Positions 51,174-61,250 are shown, counted from the stretch's first letter. The stretch is DNA of 64,000 nt from an uncultured Alistipes sp. (GCA_947573795.1 CANPHE010000001.1:40112-104111), one strand, 5' to 3'. The notes: generated by a model from the sequence alone, not told the origin. Numbers and translations: made by a program.

Positions 51174-51830
51174 TCAATAGAGATAAAACACGATCCCCGC
51201 GAAATGGCAGACGACGGCAAGGTTTATGAGCAGATGCCACACCATGTGGTGGTAGCGAAATCCCTTGCGGGCGTAGAACCACGCGCCGAGGGTGTAGAAG
51301 ATACCGCCCGCGGCGATGAGCGCGAGCAGCGGCGTCGAGGCGTGGCGGACGAACAACGGCATGAAGAAGACGATCGTCCAGCCCATTACCAGATAAATCG
51401 TCAGGCTGACGGCCGGTAACGAGCGCCGCGAGAGCGATTTGTAGAAGATTCCGAAGATCACCATGACCCATTGCAGCACGGTGATGAAGACCCCCTGCCA
51501 GCCGCCGATGACCGACAGCGCGATGGGGGTGTAGCTGCCCGCGATGGCGACGTAGATGAAGATGTGGTCGAGGATGTGAAACACGGCCTTGTGCCGCGAG
51601 GCGGGATTCATCGAGTGGTAGAGCGTCGAGGCCAGAAACATCAGAAAGATCGACACGACGAAAATGCTCACCGAGACCGACGCCGTAAGGGGATCGGCGG
51701 CATGGGTATAGGCCCATACGGCGGCGAACGGAAGCGCCAGCAGGGTCAGCATCGACATGACGCCGTGCGTCACGCTGTTGGCGATCTCCTCGCCTACGGT
51801 GGGGACGTATATCTCCTTTTTTTTCTTCAT
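51174..51830 (-). CDS. Hemolysin-III / PAQR-family membrane protein
   Basis: 218 aa with seven hydrophobic spans. EEIANSVTHGVG-type N-terminal motif (EEIANSVTHGVMS) and HLLINLAVVCHF are present. Confidence 0.9.
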   Translation of the reverse strand: MKKKKEIYVPTVGEEIANSVTHGVMSMLTLLALPFAAVWAYTHAADPLTASVSVSIFVVSIFLMFLASTLYHSMNPASRHKAVFHILDHIFIYVAIAGSYTPIALSVIGGWQGVFITVLQWVMVIFGIFYKSLSRRSLPAVSLTIYLVMGWTIVFFMPLFVRHASTPLLALIAAGGIFYTLGAWFYARKGFRYHHMVWHLLINLAVVCHFAGIVFYLY

Positions 51831-51912
51831 GATGCAGAGTGTCGTTCGGATATGCCAAATGTAGGGATTTTTTTTCTATCTTTGCAAGCAAGGTTGATCG
51901 GTTAGGAGCAAA

Positions 51913-54114
51913 ATGGACTTTTCGCGTTATGAAAAACTCCGCACGACGGTGCGGGAGAGTTTCTCGGAGCAGACCCGGGTACTCGTCGACGAGGCTTTGG
52001 CCTACGCCGGGGAGCGGCTCGCGTCGCTGACCCGCTACGACGGTACGCCGCTCCTCGACCACAGCGTCGCCGTGGCGCTCATCGTCGTTTCGGAGATCGG
52101 ACTGGGGCGCAACTCCGCCGTTTCGTCCATCCTGCACGACGTCGTGCGCCTGGCCCACAAACAACTTCCGGCCGAGGAGTTCCTCGCCCTGACGGCCGAT
52201 ATCCGCGAACGCTTCGGCGAACAGGTCGTCGGCATCACCATGGGGCTGGCCGATATCTCCGAACTGCGGCTCAAGGTCGCCAAGGAGCAGGCCGGGAATT
52301 TCCGCGATCTGATCGTCAGCTACTCCCGGGACCCGCGCGTGATCCTCATCAAGCTGGCCGACCGGCTCGAAGTGATGCGCTCGCTCGATATCTTCCCCCG
52401 CGAGAAGTGGCGCAAAAAGAGCTGGGAATCGATGAACCTCTATGCCCAGATCGCCCATAAGCTGGGCCTCTACGAGCTCAAGAGCGAACTGGAGGATATC
52501 GCCCTGAAATACCTCGAACCGAAGGAGTACGAACATATCGTCGCCAAGCTGGAGGAGAGCGCCGAGGCGCGCCGGGCCTTCATCGCCCGCTTCCTGGTGC
52601 CCATCACCGAGCGGCTGGACAAGCTCGGCGTGAAATACCATATCAAGAGCCGTACGAAGTCGGTTTTCTCGATCTTCACGAAGATGCACAAACAGCACGT
52701 GCCCTTCGAGGGGGTCTACGACATCTTTGCCATCCGCATCATCATCGACTGCCCCGCAGACGAGGAGAAACGCCAGTGCTGGACGGCCTATTCGGTCGTC
52801 ACGGACTTCTATACGCCCAACCCCAACCGCATGCGCGACTGGATTTCGATTCCGAAATCCAACGGCTACGAGTCGCTGCACACGACCGTCTCGGCCGAGG
52901 GCCGCTGGGTCGAGGTGCAGATCCGCACCGAGCGCATGGACGCCGTGGCCGAGCGCGGTATCGCCGCGCACTGGCGCTACAAGGGCGTCAACCAGGGTGC
53001 GCAGACGAGCGAAATGTGGCTCGGGCGGCTGCGCGAACTGATGGAGGACACGACCCACTCGTTGGCGCAGCGTTTCGATGCCAAACCCGCTTCGGGCGAG
53101 ATTTTCGTTTTCACGCCCAACGGCGACCTGCGCAAACTGCCCGAAGGCGCTACGTTGCTCGACTTCGCGTTCGATATCCACACCAATCTGGGGTCGTCGT
53201 GCGTCGGCGGCAAGGTCAACAACCGCGCTGCGGCGATCCGCGAGACGCTGCACAACGGCGATATCGTCGAAATTCTGACCCAGAAGAACCAGACGCCCAA
53301 GGCCGACTGGCTCTCGTTCGTCGTCACGTCGAAGGCCCGCAACAAGATCAAATCGTTCCTGCGCGAGGAGCAGGCCAAGCATACCCGCATGGGGCGCGAG
53401 GAGCTCGAACGCAAGCTCAAGAACTGGAAACTGGCTATTACGATCGACGAGGCGGTGGCCTACCTGGCCAAGCACTTCAAGCTGCGCACCGGCACGGAGG
53501 TCTATGCGCTGGTCGCCACGCAGAAACTCGACTTCGCGACGATCAAGGAGCTCATCGCGCGCCACCTTTCGGGCGAAGCCGAGGAGGAGCGCCGTGCCGC
53601 GGCCGCCGAGGTCGAGCGGCAGAAAGCCGCCGCGCAGTCGTCCAAGGAGCACGCCGCGCCGCAGGACGCCCTGATTATCGACGACGACATTTCGAAAATC
53701 CAATACAAACTGGCCAAGTGCTGCAACCCGATCAAGGGCGACGAAGTTTTCGGCTTCGTGACGATCAACGCGGGGATCACGATCCACCGCTGCGACTGCC
53801 CCAATGCCAAGCGCATGCGTGAGAATTACCCCTACCGGGTGCTCGATGCGCGGTGGCGCCAGTCGGCCGAGGGGGCGTTCCGCGTCACGATCCGCATCGT
53901 CGCGGCCGATACGACGGGCATGGCCAACCACATCACGGAGGTCATCAGCCGCGATCTGAAGCTCAACATCCGCTCGATCAACTTCGGGGCGGCCGTCAAC
54001 GGGTGCGTCTCGGGCACGGTGGCCGTCGAGGTGCCCGGTGCGGGTGTCGCCGATACGCTGATCCACCGCATCCTGCGCATCAAGGGCGTGCAGCGCGCCT
54101 ACCGCATCAACTGA
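51913..54114 (+). CDS. RelA/SpoT-family bifunctional (p)ppGpp synthetase/hydrolase
   Basis: 733 aa. It has an HD region (ILHDVV), a synthetase region (RTKSVFSIFTKMHKQ...YESLHTTV), a TGS domain (VFTPNGDLRKLPEGATLLDFAF) and a C-terminal ACT-like domain. Confidence 0.95.
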   Translation: MDFSRYEKLRTTVRESFSEQTRVLVDEALAYAGERLASLTRYDGTPLLDHSVAVALIVVSEIGLGRNSAVSSILHDVVRLAHKQLPAEEFLALTADIRERFGEQVVGITMGLADISELRLKVAKEQAGNFRDLIVSYSRDPRVILIKLADRLEVMRSLDIFPREKWRKKSWESMNLYAQIAHKLGLYELKSELEDIALKYLEPKEYEHIVAKLEESAEARRAFIARFLVPITERLDKLGVKYHIKSRTKSVFSIFTKMHKQHVPFEGVYDIFAIRIIIDCPADEEKRQCWTAYSVVTDFYTPNPNRMRDWISIPKSNGYESLHTTVSAEGRWVEVQIRTERMDAVAERGIAAHWRYKGVNQGAQTSEMWLGRLRELMEDTTHSLAQRFDAKPASGEIFVFTPNGDLRKLPEGATLLDFAFDIHTNLGSSCVGGKVNNRAAAIRETLHNGDIVEILTQKNQTPKADWLSFVVTSKARNKIKSFLREEQAKHTRMGREELERKLKNWKLAITIDEAVAYLAKHFKLRTGTEVYALVATQKLDFATIKELIARHLSGEAEEERRAAAAEVERQKAAAQSSKEHAAPQDALIIDDDISKIQYKLAKCCNPIKGDEVFGFVTINAGITIHRCDCPNAKRMRENYPYRVLDARWRQSAEGAFRVTIRIVAADTTGMANHITEVISRDLKLNIRSINFGAAVNGCVSGTVAVEVPGAGVADTLIHRILRIKGVQRAYRIN

Positions 54115-54150
54115 TTCGACAACTCATTATTACCCACTTTGATACAGTAA

Positions 54151-54768
54151 ATGAATAACAACTCAATCAGCGTCGTTTTTGCCGATTCGTCGCACGCGAA
54201 GTACGCACAGCGTATTTGCGATTTGATCTACGAGTCGGCATTGCAGCGTGGCACGGGCATCGCCAAGCGTTCGCCCGAGTACATCGCCGCGAAAATGACC
54301 GGTGGCAAGGCCGTCGTGGCGCTGGACGGTGAGAAACTGGTCGGGTTCAGCTACATCGAGTGCTGGGGTCACGGCGATTTCGTCGCGACTTCGGGACTGA
54401 TCGTCGATCCGGAGTACCGGCATATGGGACTCGCGGAGCAGATCAAACGACGAACCTTCGAGCTGGCCCGACGACGATTTCCGTATGCCAAGTTGTTCAG
54501 TATCACCACGTCGTTGCCGGTCATGAAGCTCAATTCCCGCATGGGTTACGTTCCGGTGACCTTCTCCGAACTGACCGAAGACGAAGAGTTCTGGCAGGGC
54601 TGCCAGGGGTGTTGCAATTACGACATCCTCCAGCGCAACAAACGCCGCATGTGCCTCTGCACGGGTATGTTGTACGACCCGGCCAAGGAGCAGCCCCGGC
54701 AGTCGCGCATGTCGCCCTATGTGATGTACCTGAAGAACAAGTTCCGCAAACTGTTCCACCTGAAATAA
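54151..54768 (+). CDS. GNAT-family N-acyltransferase at the head of the arg cluster (candidate glutamate N-acyl(succinyl)transferase)
   Basis: 205 aa with a GNAT core (LIVDPEYRHMGLAEQIKRRTFELAR). The specific function is inferred from position only. Confidence 0.75.
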   Translation: MNNNSISVVFADSSHAKYAQRICDLIYESALQRGTGIAKRSPEYIAAKMTGGKAVVALDGEKLVGFSYIECWGHGDFVATSGLIVDPEYRHMGLAEQIKRRTFELARRRFPYAKLFSITTSLPVMKLNSRMGYVPVTFSELTEDEEFWQGCQGCCNYDILQRNKRRMCLCTGMLYDPAKEQPRQSRMSPYVMYLKNKFRKLFHLK

Positions 54769-54846
54769 GTTCGTCGGTCCCCGGGGGGGGAAGATATCCG
54801 GACCCGGGGCCGATTCCAGTCAAACGATTCAAGAAAAATAGATACC

Positions 54847-56055
54847 ATGGAAAGCAATAAAAAGAAAGTAGTGCTGGCGTTCAGCGGCGGTCTGGACACC
54901 TCGTTCTGTGTGAAATACCTCTCCGAGGAGAAGGGTTACGACGTCTATACGGCCATCGCCAATACGGGCGGTTTCTCGGCCGAGGAGCTGAAGCGTATCG
55001 AGGAGCGTGCCATGCAGTTGGGCGCCGTGGCGCACGCCACGCTCGATATCGAGCAGGAGTACTACGAAAAGAGCATCCGCTACATGGTCTACGGCAACGT
55101 GCTGCGCAACGGCACCTATCCCATTTCGGTGAGCTCGGAGCGTATTTTCCAGGCAATGGCCATCATCGAATACGCCAAGAAGATCGGTGCCGACTACGTG
55201 GCCCACGGCTCGACGGGCGCCGGTAACGACCAGGTGCGTTTCGACCTGACGTTCCAGATTCTCGCCCCCGAAATCGGCATCATCACCCCGACGCGCGATA
55301 TGACCCTCACGCGCGAATACGAGATCGACTACCTGCGCAAGCACGGTTTCGTCGCCGACTTCACCAAACTGGAATACTCGATCAACAAGGGGCTGTGGGG
55401 CACCTCGATCGGCGGTAAGGAGACCCTCCGTTCGGAGCAGACCCTTCCCGAAGAGGCCTACCCGAGCCAGATCGAGGCCGACGGCGAGGAGCGTCTGAAG
55501 CTGACCTTCACCGAGGGCGAGATCGCCGCCGTGAACGGCGTGGAGTATGCGGACAAGGTGGCTGCGATCCGTGCCGTGGAGGCTATCGGCGCCCGCTACG
55601 GCATCGGCCGCGACATGCACATCGGCGACACGATCATCGGCATCAAGGGCCGTGTGGGCTTCGAGGCCGCCGCCCCGATGCTCATCATCGCCGCACATAA
55701 GATGCTCGAAAAACATACGCTGACCAAATGGCAGCTCTACTGGAAGGAGCAGGTCGCCACGTGGTACGGCATGTTCCTCCACGAGGCGCAGTACCTCGAA
55801 CCCGTCATGCGCGATATCGAGGCGATGCTCTCCTCGTCGCAGCGCAACGTCACGGGTACGGTCGAGCTGATCCTGCGTCCGCGCAACTATACGCTGGTGG
55901 GCGTCGAGTCGTCGTTCGACCTGATGAAGACCGATTTCGGCGAGTACGGCGAGGTGAACAAGGCCTGGACGGCCGACGACGTGAAGGGCTTCACGAAGAT
56001 CCTCGGCAACCAGATCAAGATTTTCTACAACGTTCAAAAACGCAACGGGAAATGA
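54847..56055 (+). CDS. argG: Argininosuccinate synthase
   Basis: 402 aa with the motifs VVLAFSGGLDTS and HGSTGAGNDQVRF. Confidence 0.95.
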   Translation: MESNKKKVVLAFSGGLDTSFCVKYLSEEKGYDVYTAIANTGGFSAEELKRIEERAMQLGAVAHATLDIEQEYYEKSIRYMVYGNVLRNGTYPISVSSERIFQAMAIIEYAKKIGADYVAHGSTGAGNDQVRFDLTFQILAPEIGIITPTRDMTLTREYEIDYLRKHGFVADFTKLEYSINKGLWGTSIGGKETLRSEQTLPEEAYPSQIEADGEERLKLTFTEGEIAAVNGVEYADKVAAIRAVEAIGARYGIGRDMHIGDTIIGIKGRVGFEAAAPMLIIAAHKMLEKHTLTKWQLYWKEQVATWYGMFLHEAQYLEPVMRDIEAMLSSSQRNVTGTVELILRPRNYTLVGVESSFDLMKTDFGEYGEVNKAWTADDVKGFTKILGNQIKIFYNVQKRNGK

Positions 56056-57014
56056 TCCGCGCCGGAGTTATCGGAGGCGCCGGATATACGGCCGGGGAGC
56101 TGCTGCGCCTGCTGGTGAACCATCCGCAGGTCGAGGTGGCGTTTGTCCATAGCACCTCGAACGCCGGCAACCGCATCGCCGACATCCACGGCGGCCTGGA
56201 GGGCGACACGGAACTGCGGTTCGCCTCGGAGTACGATTTGACGCAGGTCGACGTGCTGTTCCTCTGCTCGGCGCACGGGCAGAGCCGCGTGTGGCTCTCG
56301 GAGAACGACGTGCCGGCCGGGGTGCGGATCATCGACCTGGCGCAGGATTTCCGCGACGAGAGCGAAGGATTCGTCTACGGACTTCCCGAGATGCAGCGCG
56401 ACCGCATCTGCGCGGCGCAGCGTATCGCCAATCCGGGATGTTTCGCCACGGCGATCCAGCTGTCGCTGCTGCCGTTGGCCGCTGCCGGGCTGTTGGAGGA
56501 CGAAGTGCACGTCACGGCCGTCACGGGTTCGACGGGGGCGGGTGTGAAACCCTCGGCGACGACCCACTTCAGCTGGCGGACCGACAACATTTCGGTCTAC
56601 AAGGCCTTCACGCACCAACATCTGCTCGAAATCGGCCGCAACCTGCGCACGTTGCAGCCTTCGTTCGAGCAGGAGGTGAACTTCGTGCCGATGCGCGGCG
56701 ACTTCGCGCGCGGTATCCTGGCGAGCGTCTACACCGCGTGCCGCCTTACGGAGGAGGAGGCCCGGAAGCTCTATGCCGACTACTACGGCACGGCGGCTTT
56801 CACCCATGCCGTCGCGCGCGAGGTGGACCTCAAACAGGTCGTCAACACGAACAAGGCGTTGGTGCACGTCGCCCGTCACGGCGACAAGTTGCACATCGTC
56901 ACGGCGATCGACAACCTGCTGAAGGGCGCTTCGGGCCAGGCCGTGCAGAACATGAACTTGGCGTTCGGACTCGACGAGACCGCGGGACTGAGGCTCAAGG
57001 CGTCGGCGTTTTAA
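56052..57014 (+). CDS. argC: N-acyl-gamma-glutamyl-phosphate reductase
   Basis: Track ORF 55728..57014, trimmed to the ATG at 56052 (MIRAGVIGGAGYTAGELLRLL). It has the ANPGCFAT active-site Cys motif and an ATGA overlap with the argG stop. Confidence 0.95.
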   Translation: MIRAGVIGGAGYTAGELLRLLVNHPQVEVAFVHSTSNAGNRIADIHGGLEGDTELRFASEYDLTQVDVLFLCSAHGQSRVWLSENDVPAGVRIIDLAQDFRDESEGFVYGLPEMQRDRICAAQRIANPGCFATAIQLSLLPLAAAGLLEDEVHVTAVTGSTGAGVKPSATTHFSWRTDNISVYKAFTHQHLLEIGRNLRTLQPSFEQEVNFVPMRGDFARGILASVYTACRLTEEEARKLYADYYGTAAFTHAVAREVDLKQVVNTNKALVHVARHGDKLHIVTAIDNLLKGASGQAVQNMNLAFGLDETAGLRLKASAF

Positions 57015-57058
57015 ACCGGAAACTATATACTATTTCACACCTCGTAGGTTCTTCGCAT

Positions 57059-57283
57059 GTTGACACACTCAGGGCGGTCGAATCGACAGGCGAGAAAAAA
57101 GTATAGGTAACTACATACCTTTACACTAAACAGTCTTTAAACCATTAAGACCTTGCGGGTTGCATCAGAAGCCCCTCCCGAGGGAGGGGTTTGGGGTGGG
57201 GTCGGATCTATAAACGCGGCCAAAGGCCGCGAGACAACGACAATCTTAAGGGTGTCAACGGGCAAAGAACCAGTGAGGGGTAA
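57059..57283 (+). repeat. Structured intergenic element, family R2, copy A, with inverted-repeat ends (MITE-like) inside the arg operon
   Basis: The left end gttgacacactcagggcggtcg (57059-) pairs with the right end cttaagggtgtcaac (-57259). Internal hairpins are cccctccc-gag-gggagggg and cgcggcc-aaa-ggccgcg. About 160-180 nt align at roughly 75-80 % identity (by eye) to the reverse complement of 61688-61867. Confidence 0.75.
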
Positions 57284-57320
57284 AGTCGTATATAGTTACC
57301 TAAAACGAATTATTCAAATC

Positions 57321-58445
57321 ATGGAACTTTTCAACGTATATTCCCTATATCCGGTGGAGCCCGTGCGGGGCGAAGGGTGCTTCGTCTACGACGCTGCCGG
57401 GACGCAATACCTCGACCTCTACGGCGGACATGCCGTGATCTCGATCGGCCATGCCCATCCGCGCTACGTCGAAGCCGTCGCGGGGCAGGTCGCACGGCTG
57501 GGTTTCTACTCCAACTCGGTCGAAAACTCGTTGCAGGGCCGCCTGGCGGAGCTGTTAGGCCGCGTCTCGGGATACGACGACTACCGGTTGTTCCTCTGCA
57601 ACTCGGGGGCCGAAGCGAATGAAAACGCGCTGAAGCTCGCTTCGTTCCAGACGGGGCGCGCCAAGGTCCTGGCCTTCGCGAAGGCCTTCCACGGCCGTAC
57701 GTCGGGCGCCGTCGCGGCGACGGACAACCCGGCGATCTCGGCGCCCTTCAATCGCACCGGAAACGTCGAGTTCGTGCCGCTGAACGATATCGAAGCTGTG
57801 CGCGAGCGGCTCGCGACGCGCGAGTTTGCCGCTGTGCTCGTCGAAGGCATCCAGGGCGTGGCGGGCATCCGCTGTCCGTCGGACGAATTCCTGCGCCAGC
57901 TGCGTGACGTCGCCACGGAGACGGGTACGCAACTGATTCTCGACGAAATACAGTCGGGCTACGGCCGTACGGGGCGCTTCTTCGCCCACCAGTATGCGGG
58001 CATCCGTCCCGATTTGATTACGATGGCCAAGGGCATGGGCAACGGATTTCCGATCGGCGGCGTGTTGATCGCTCCCCACTTCGAGGCGCGCCCGGGCATG
58101 CTGGGCACCACCTTCGGGGGCAACCACCTGGCCTGTGCCGCGGCGATCGCCGTGCTGGAGACCATCGAGCGCGAAGGGTTGGTCGAAAATGCCGCCTCGG
58201 TGGGCGAATACCTCCTCGGCGAGCTGCGGACCATGCCGATGCTTCGCGAGGTGCGGGGTCGCGGACTGATGATCGGCATCGAGATCGAGGACTCGGGTGC
58301 GGAGCTGCGCCGTCGGCTGCTCTTCGAGAAACACATTTTCACGGGCGGCGCGGGGGCCTCGACCGTGCGGCTGCTGCCGGCGCTGTGTCTCACGTGCGAA
58401 CTGGCCGATCGTTTCCTCGCCGCATTCCGCGAGGTGCTCGCATAG
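57321..58445 (+). CDS. argD: Class-III aminotransferase, N-acyl(succinyl/acetyl)ornithine aminotransferase
   Basis: Track ORF 57153..58445, trimmed to the ATG at 57321 (MELFNVYSLYP...). Motifs are NSGAEANE, LILDEIQSGYGRTGRFFA and MAKGMGNG (PLP lysine). Confidence 0.9.
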   Translation: MELFNVYSLYPVEPVRGEGCFVYDAAGTQYLDLYGGHAVISIGHAHPRYVEAVAGQVARLGFYSNSVENSLQGRLAELLGRVSGYDDYRLFLCNSGAEANENALKLASFQTGRAKVLAFAKAFHGRTSGAVAATDNPAISAPFNRTGNVEFVPLNDIEAVRERLATREFAAVLVEGIQGVAGIRCPSDEFLRQLRDVATETGTQLILDEIQSGYGRTGRFFAHQYAGIRPDLITMAKGMGNGFPIGGVLIAPHFEARPGMLGTTFGGNHLACAAAIAVLETIEREGLVENAASVGEYLLGELRTMPMLREVRGRGLMIGIEIEDSGAELRRRLLFEKHIFTGGAGASTVRLLPALCLTCELADRFLAAFREVLA

Positions 58446-58464
58446 AACAAAAACGACGAATAGA

Positions 58465-59421
58465 ATGAAAAAATTTACGTGTGTACAAGATATCGGCGAC
58501 CTTCGTGCAGCTGTCGCCGAAGCGCTGGAGATCAAGCGCAACCGTTTCCGTTTCACGGGATTGGGCCGCAACCGCACGCTGCTGATGCTCTTTTTCAATT
58601 CGAGTCTCCGCACGCGCCTCTCGACCCAGAAGGCGGCGATGAACCTGGGGATGAACGTCATGGTGCTCGACGTGGCGCAGGGCGCCTGGAAACTCGAAAC
58701 CGAGCGCGGCGTGGTGATGGACGGCGACAAGGCCGAGCACCTGCTCGAAGCGATTCCCGTGATGGGCAGCTATTGCGACGTGATCGGCGTGCGTTCGTTC
58801 GCCCGCTTCGAGAATAAGGCCGAGGATTACGAGGAACGCATTCTCGAACAGTTCATCCGCTACTCGGGCCGCCCCGTATTTTCGATGGAGGCCGCGACGC
58901 GCCACCCTTTGCAGAGCTTCGCCGATTTGATTACCATCGAGGAGCATAAGACCAAAGCGCGTCCCAAGGTGGTCATGACCTGGGCGCCGCATCCGCGGGC
59001 GCTGCCGCAGGCCGTGCCCAACTCCTTCGCCGAGTGGATGAACGCTGCGGATTACGATTTCGTCATCACCCATCCCGAGGGTTACGAGCTCGACCCGCGT
59101 TTCGTAGGCGGGGCCCGCGTCGAATACGACCAGCGCAAGGCGCTCGAAGGCGCCGACTTCGTATATGCTAAGAATTGGGCGGCCTATGCCGACCCTAATT
59201 ACGGCAAAGTCCTCTCGACGGATCGTTCGTGGATGGTCGATGCCGAGAAGATGGCGCTGACGGACAATGCTTTCTTCATGCACTGCCTGCCCGTGCGGCG
59301 CAATATGATCGTCACGGACGACGTGATCGAGTCGCCCCGCTCGCTGGTGATCCCCGAGGCGGCGAACCGCGAAATCTCGGCCCAGGTAGTACTCAAACGG
59401 CTTTTGGAGGATTTGCAATGA
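58465..59421 (+). CDS. argF': N-succinyl-L-ornithine carbamoyltransferase (Bacteroides argF' type)
   Basis: Track ORF 58297..59421, trimmed to the ATG at 58465 (318 aa). MKKFTCVQDIGDL...FFNSSLRTRLSTQKAA...SMEAATRHPLQSFADL...HCLPVRRN closely matches the Bacteroides fragilis SOTCase sequence as I remember it. Confidence 0.88.
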   Translation: MKKFTCVQDIGDLRAAVAEALEIKRNRFRFTGLGRNRTLLMLFFNSSLRTRLSTQKAAMNLGMNVMVLDVAQGAWKLETERGVVMDGDKAEHLLEAIPVMGSYCDVIGVRSFARFENKAEDYEERILEQFIRYSGRPVFSMEAATRHPLQSFADLITIEEHKTKARPKVVMTWAPHPRALPQAVPNSFAEWMNAADYDFVITHPEGYELDPRFVGGARVEYDQRKALEGADFVYAKNWAAYADPNYGKVLSTDRSWMVDAEKMALTDNAFFMHCLPVRRNMIVTDDVIESPRSLVIPEAANREISAQVVLKRLLEDLQ

Positions 59422-60191
59422 CGGATCGGATTACGGTGGTGAAGATCGGCGGCAACGTCATCGACGACCCTGCGGCCCTGAAACGCTTCGTCGCGGAGTT
59501 CGCGGCGCTGCCCGGTGCCAAAATCCTCGTGCACGGCGGCGGTAAGGTCGCCACGCGCCTGGCCGGGAAACTCGAACTGGAGGTGCGGATGGTCGAAGGT
59601 CGCCGCATCACGGACAAGGGGATGCTCGACGTGGTGACGATGGTTTACGCCGGGCTGCTCAACAAACAGATCGTCGCGGCGTTGCAGGCCGCGGGGTGCA
59701 ATGCGATGGGACTCTCGGGTGCCGACGGAAACGCCGTCACGGCACGGCGCCGGTCGCCCGAACCGATCGACTACGGATTCGTGGGCGACATCGAGCGGGT
59801 CGATGCCGGGTTGCTGCGGCGCCTGTTCGAAGGGGGCATCACGCCCGTATTCTCGGCCATCATGCACGACGGACGCGGCACGCTGCTCAACTGCAACGCC
59901 GACAGCGTGGCTTCGGCCGTGGCGCTGGGGGCTGCCGAGGTGGCTCCTACGGAGCTGGTATTCTGCTTCGAGAAGGCGGGAGTGCTGCGTAATGCCGACG
60001 ACGAAACGTCGCTGATCCCGCGGATCACGGCCGAGAGCTATGCCGAGCTGAAGGCCTCGGGCGTAGTCAGCCGCGGGATGATCCCCAAGATCGAAAATGC
60101 CCTGAAAGCCGTGGATAACGGTGTGCGGCGCGTGGTTATCAAACACGCTGCGAACCTTTCGAACGACCTCGGAACCGCGATCGAACGATGA
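59418..60191 (+). CDS. argB: N-acyl-glutamate kinase
   Basis: Track ORF 59229..60191, trimmed to the ATG at 59418 (MTDRITVVKIGGNVID...LVHGGG). It has an ATGA overlap with the argF' stop. Confidence 0.9.
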   Translation: MTDRITVVKIGGNVIDDPAALKRFVAEFAALPGAKILVHGGGKVATRLAGKLELEVRMVEGRRITDKGMLDVVTMVYAGLLNKQIVAALQAAGCNAMGLSGADGNAVTARRRSPEPIDYGFVGDIERVDAGLLRRLFEGGITPVFSAIMHDGRGTLLNCNADSVASAVALGAAEVAPTELVFCFEKAGVLRNADDETSLIPRITAESYAELKASGVVSRGMIPKIENALKAVDNGVRRVVIKHAANLSNDLGTAIER

Positions 60192-61249
60192 ATGCCACGA
60201 CCCGGGAAGCCGTCGAGCTGTTGCGACGCATGATCGCGATCCCCTCGCCCTCGCGCGACGAGGCGGGGACGGCCGATCTGCTCTACGACTTCCTCGCACG
60301 ACACGGTGCGGCGCCCGAACGGCTCCACAACAACGTCTATGCCCGCTCTGCGGAGTTCGATCCTGCGCGGCCGACGCTGCTGCTCAACTCCCACCACGAT
60401 ACGGTGCGCCCGGCGGCGACCTATACGCGCGACCCTTACGCCCCGACGATCGAGGGCGACCGCCTTTACGGCCTGGGGAGCAACGATGCCGGAGCTTCGG
60501 CCGTGTCGCTGATCGAGACGTTCTTGACTTTCCGGGATAGACCGCTGCCGTTCAATCTGTTGCTGGCGATTACGGCCGAGGAGGAGTGTTCGGGCGAACA
60601 CGGTATCCGGGCGTTGCTGCCTGCGGCGGGGCGGATCGATATGGCGCTCGTGGGCGAGCCGACCTCGATGCAGGCGGCCGTCGGAGAGCGGGGTTTAGTC
60701 GTGCTGGACTGCACGGCCCGCGGACGCAGCGGCCATGCCGCACGCGGCGAGGGGGTTAATGCGCTCTATATCGCGATGGACGATATCGCGCGGTTGCGCG
60801 AATTCCGTTTCGACCGTACCTCCGAACTGCTGGGGCCGATCGGTATCGCCGTGACGCAGATTGCGGCCGGAACGCAGCACAACGTGGTGCCGGACGAGTG
60901 CCGTTTCGTCGTGGATGTCCGCACGACGGATGCCTACACCAATGAAGAGACGGTCGAATTGCTGCGCGGCGCGTTGCGATCGGAGGCCGTGCCGCGCTCG
61001 ACGCGCATTCACGCCATGGCAGTGGCCGACAGCCATCCGCTCGTGCGGGCGGCCCGTGCCGTCGGACGTACGACGTTCGTATCGCCGACCGCCTCCGACC
61101 GGACGTTGATGCCTTTTCCGGCACTCAAGATGGGGCCCGGAGCGTCGGCCCGCTCGCATACAGCCGACGAATATGTCCTGATTTCGGAAATAGACGAGGC
61201 GATCGCGCTCTATGGACGTTGGATCGAGGCCTTGGCGAAGGAGATCTAA
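60188..61249 (+). CDS. argE: M20-family metallohydrolase (acyl-ornithine deacylase)
   Basis: 353 aa with the motifs LLLNSHHDTV, GSNDAGAS and ITAEEE. It has an ATGA overlap with the argB stop. Confidence 0.85.
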   Translation: MNATTREAVELLRRMIAIPSPSRDEAGTADLLYDFLARHGAAPERLHNNVYARSAEFDPARPTLLLNSHHDTVRPAATYTRDPYAPTIEGDRLYGLGSNDAGASAVSLIETFLTFRDRPLPFNLLLAITAEEECSGEHGIRALLPAAGRIDMALVGEPTSMQAAVGERGLVVLDCTARGRSGHAARGEGVNALYIAMDDIARLREFRFDRTSELLGPIGIAVTQIAAGTQHNVVPDECRFVVDVRTTDAYTNEETVELLRGALRSEAVPRSTRIHAMAVADSHPLVRAARAVGRTTFVSPTASDRTLMPFPALKMGPGASARSHTADEYVLISEIDEAIALYGRWIEALAKEI

Positions 61250-61250
61250 A

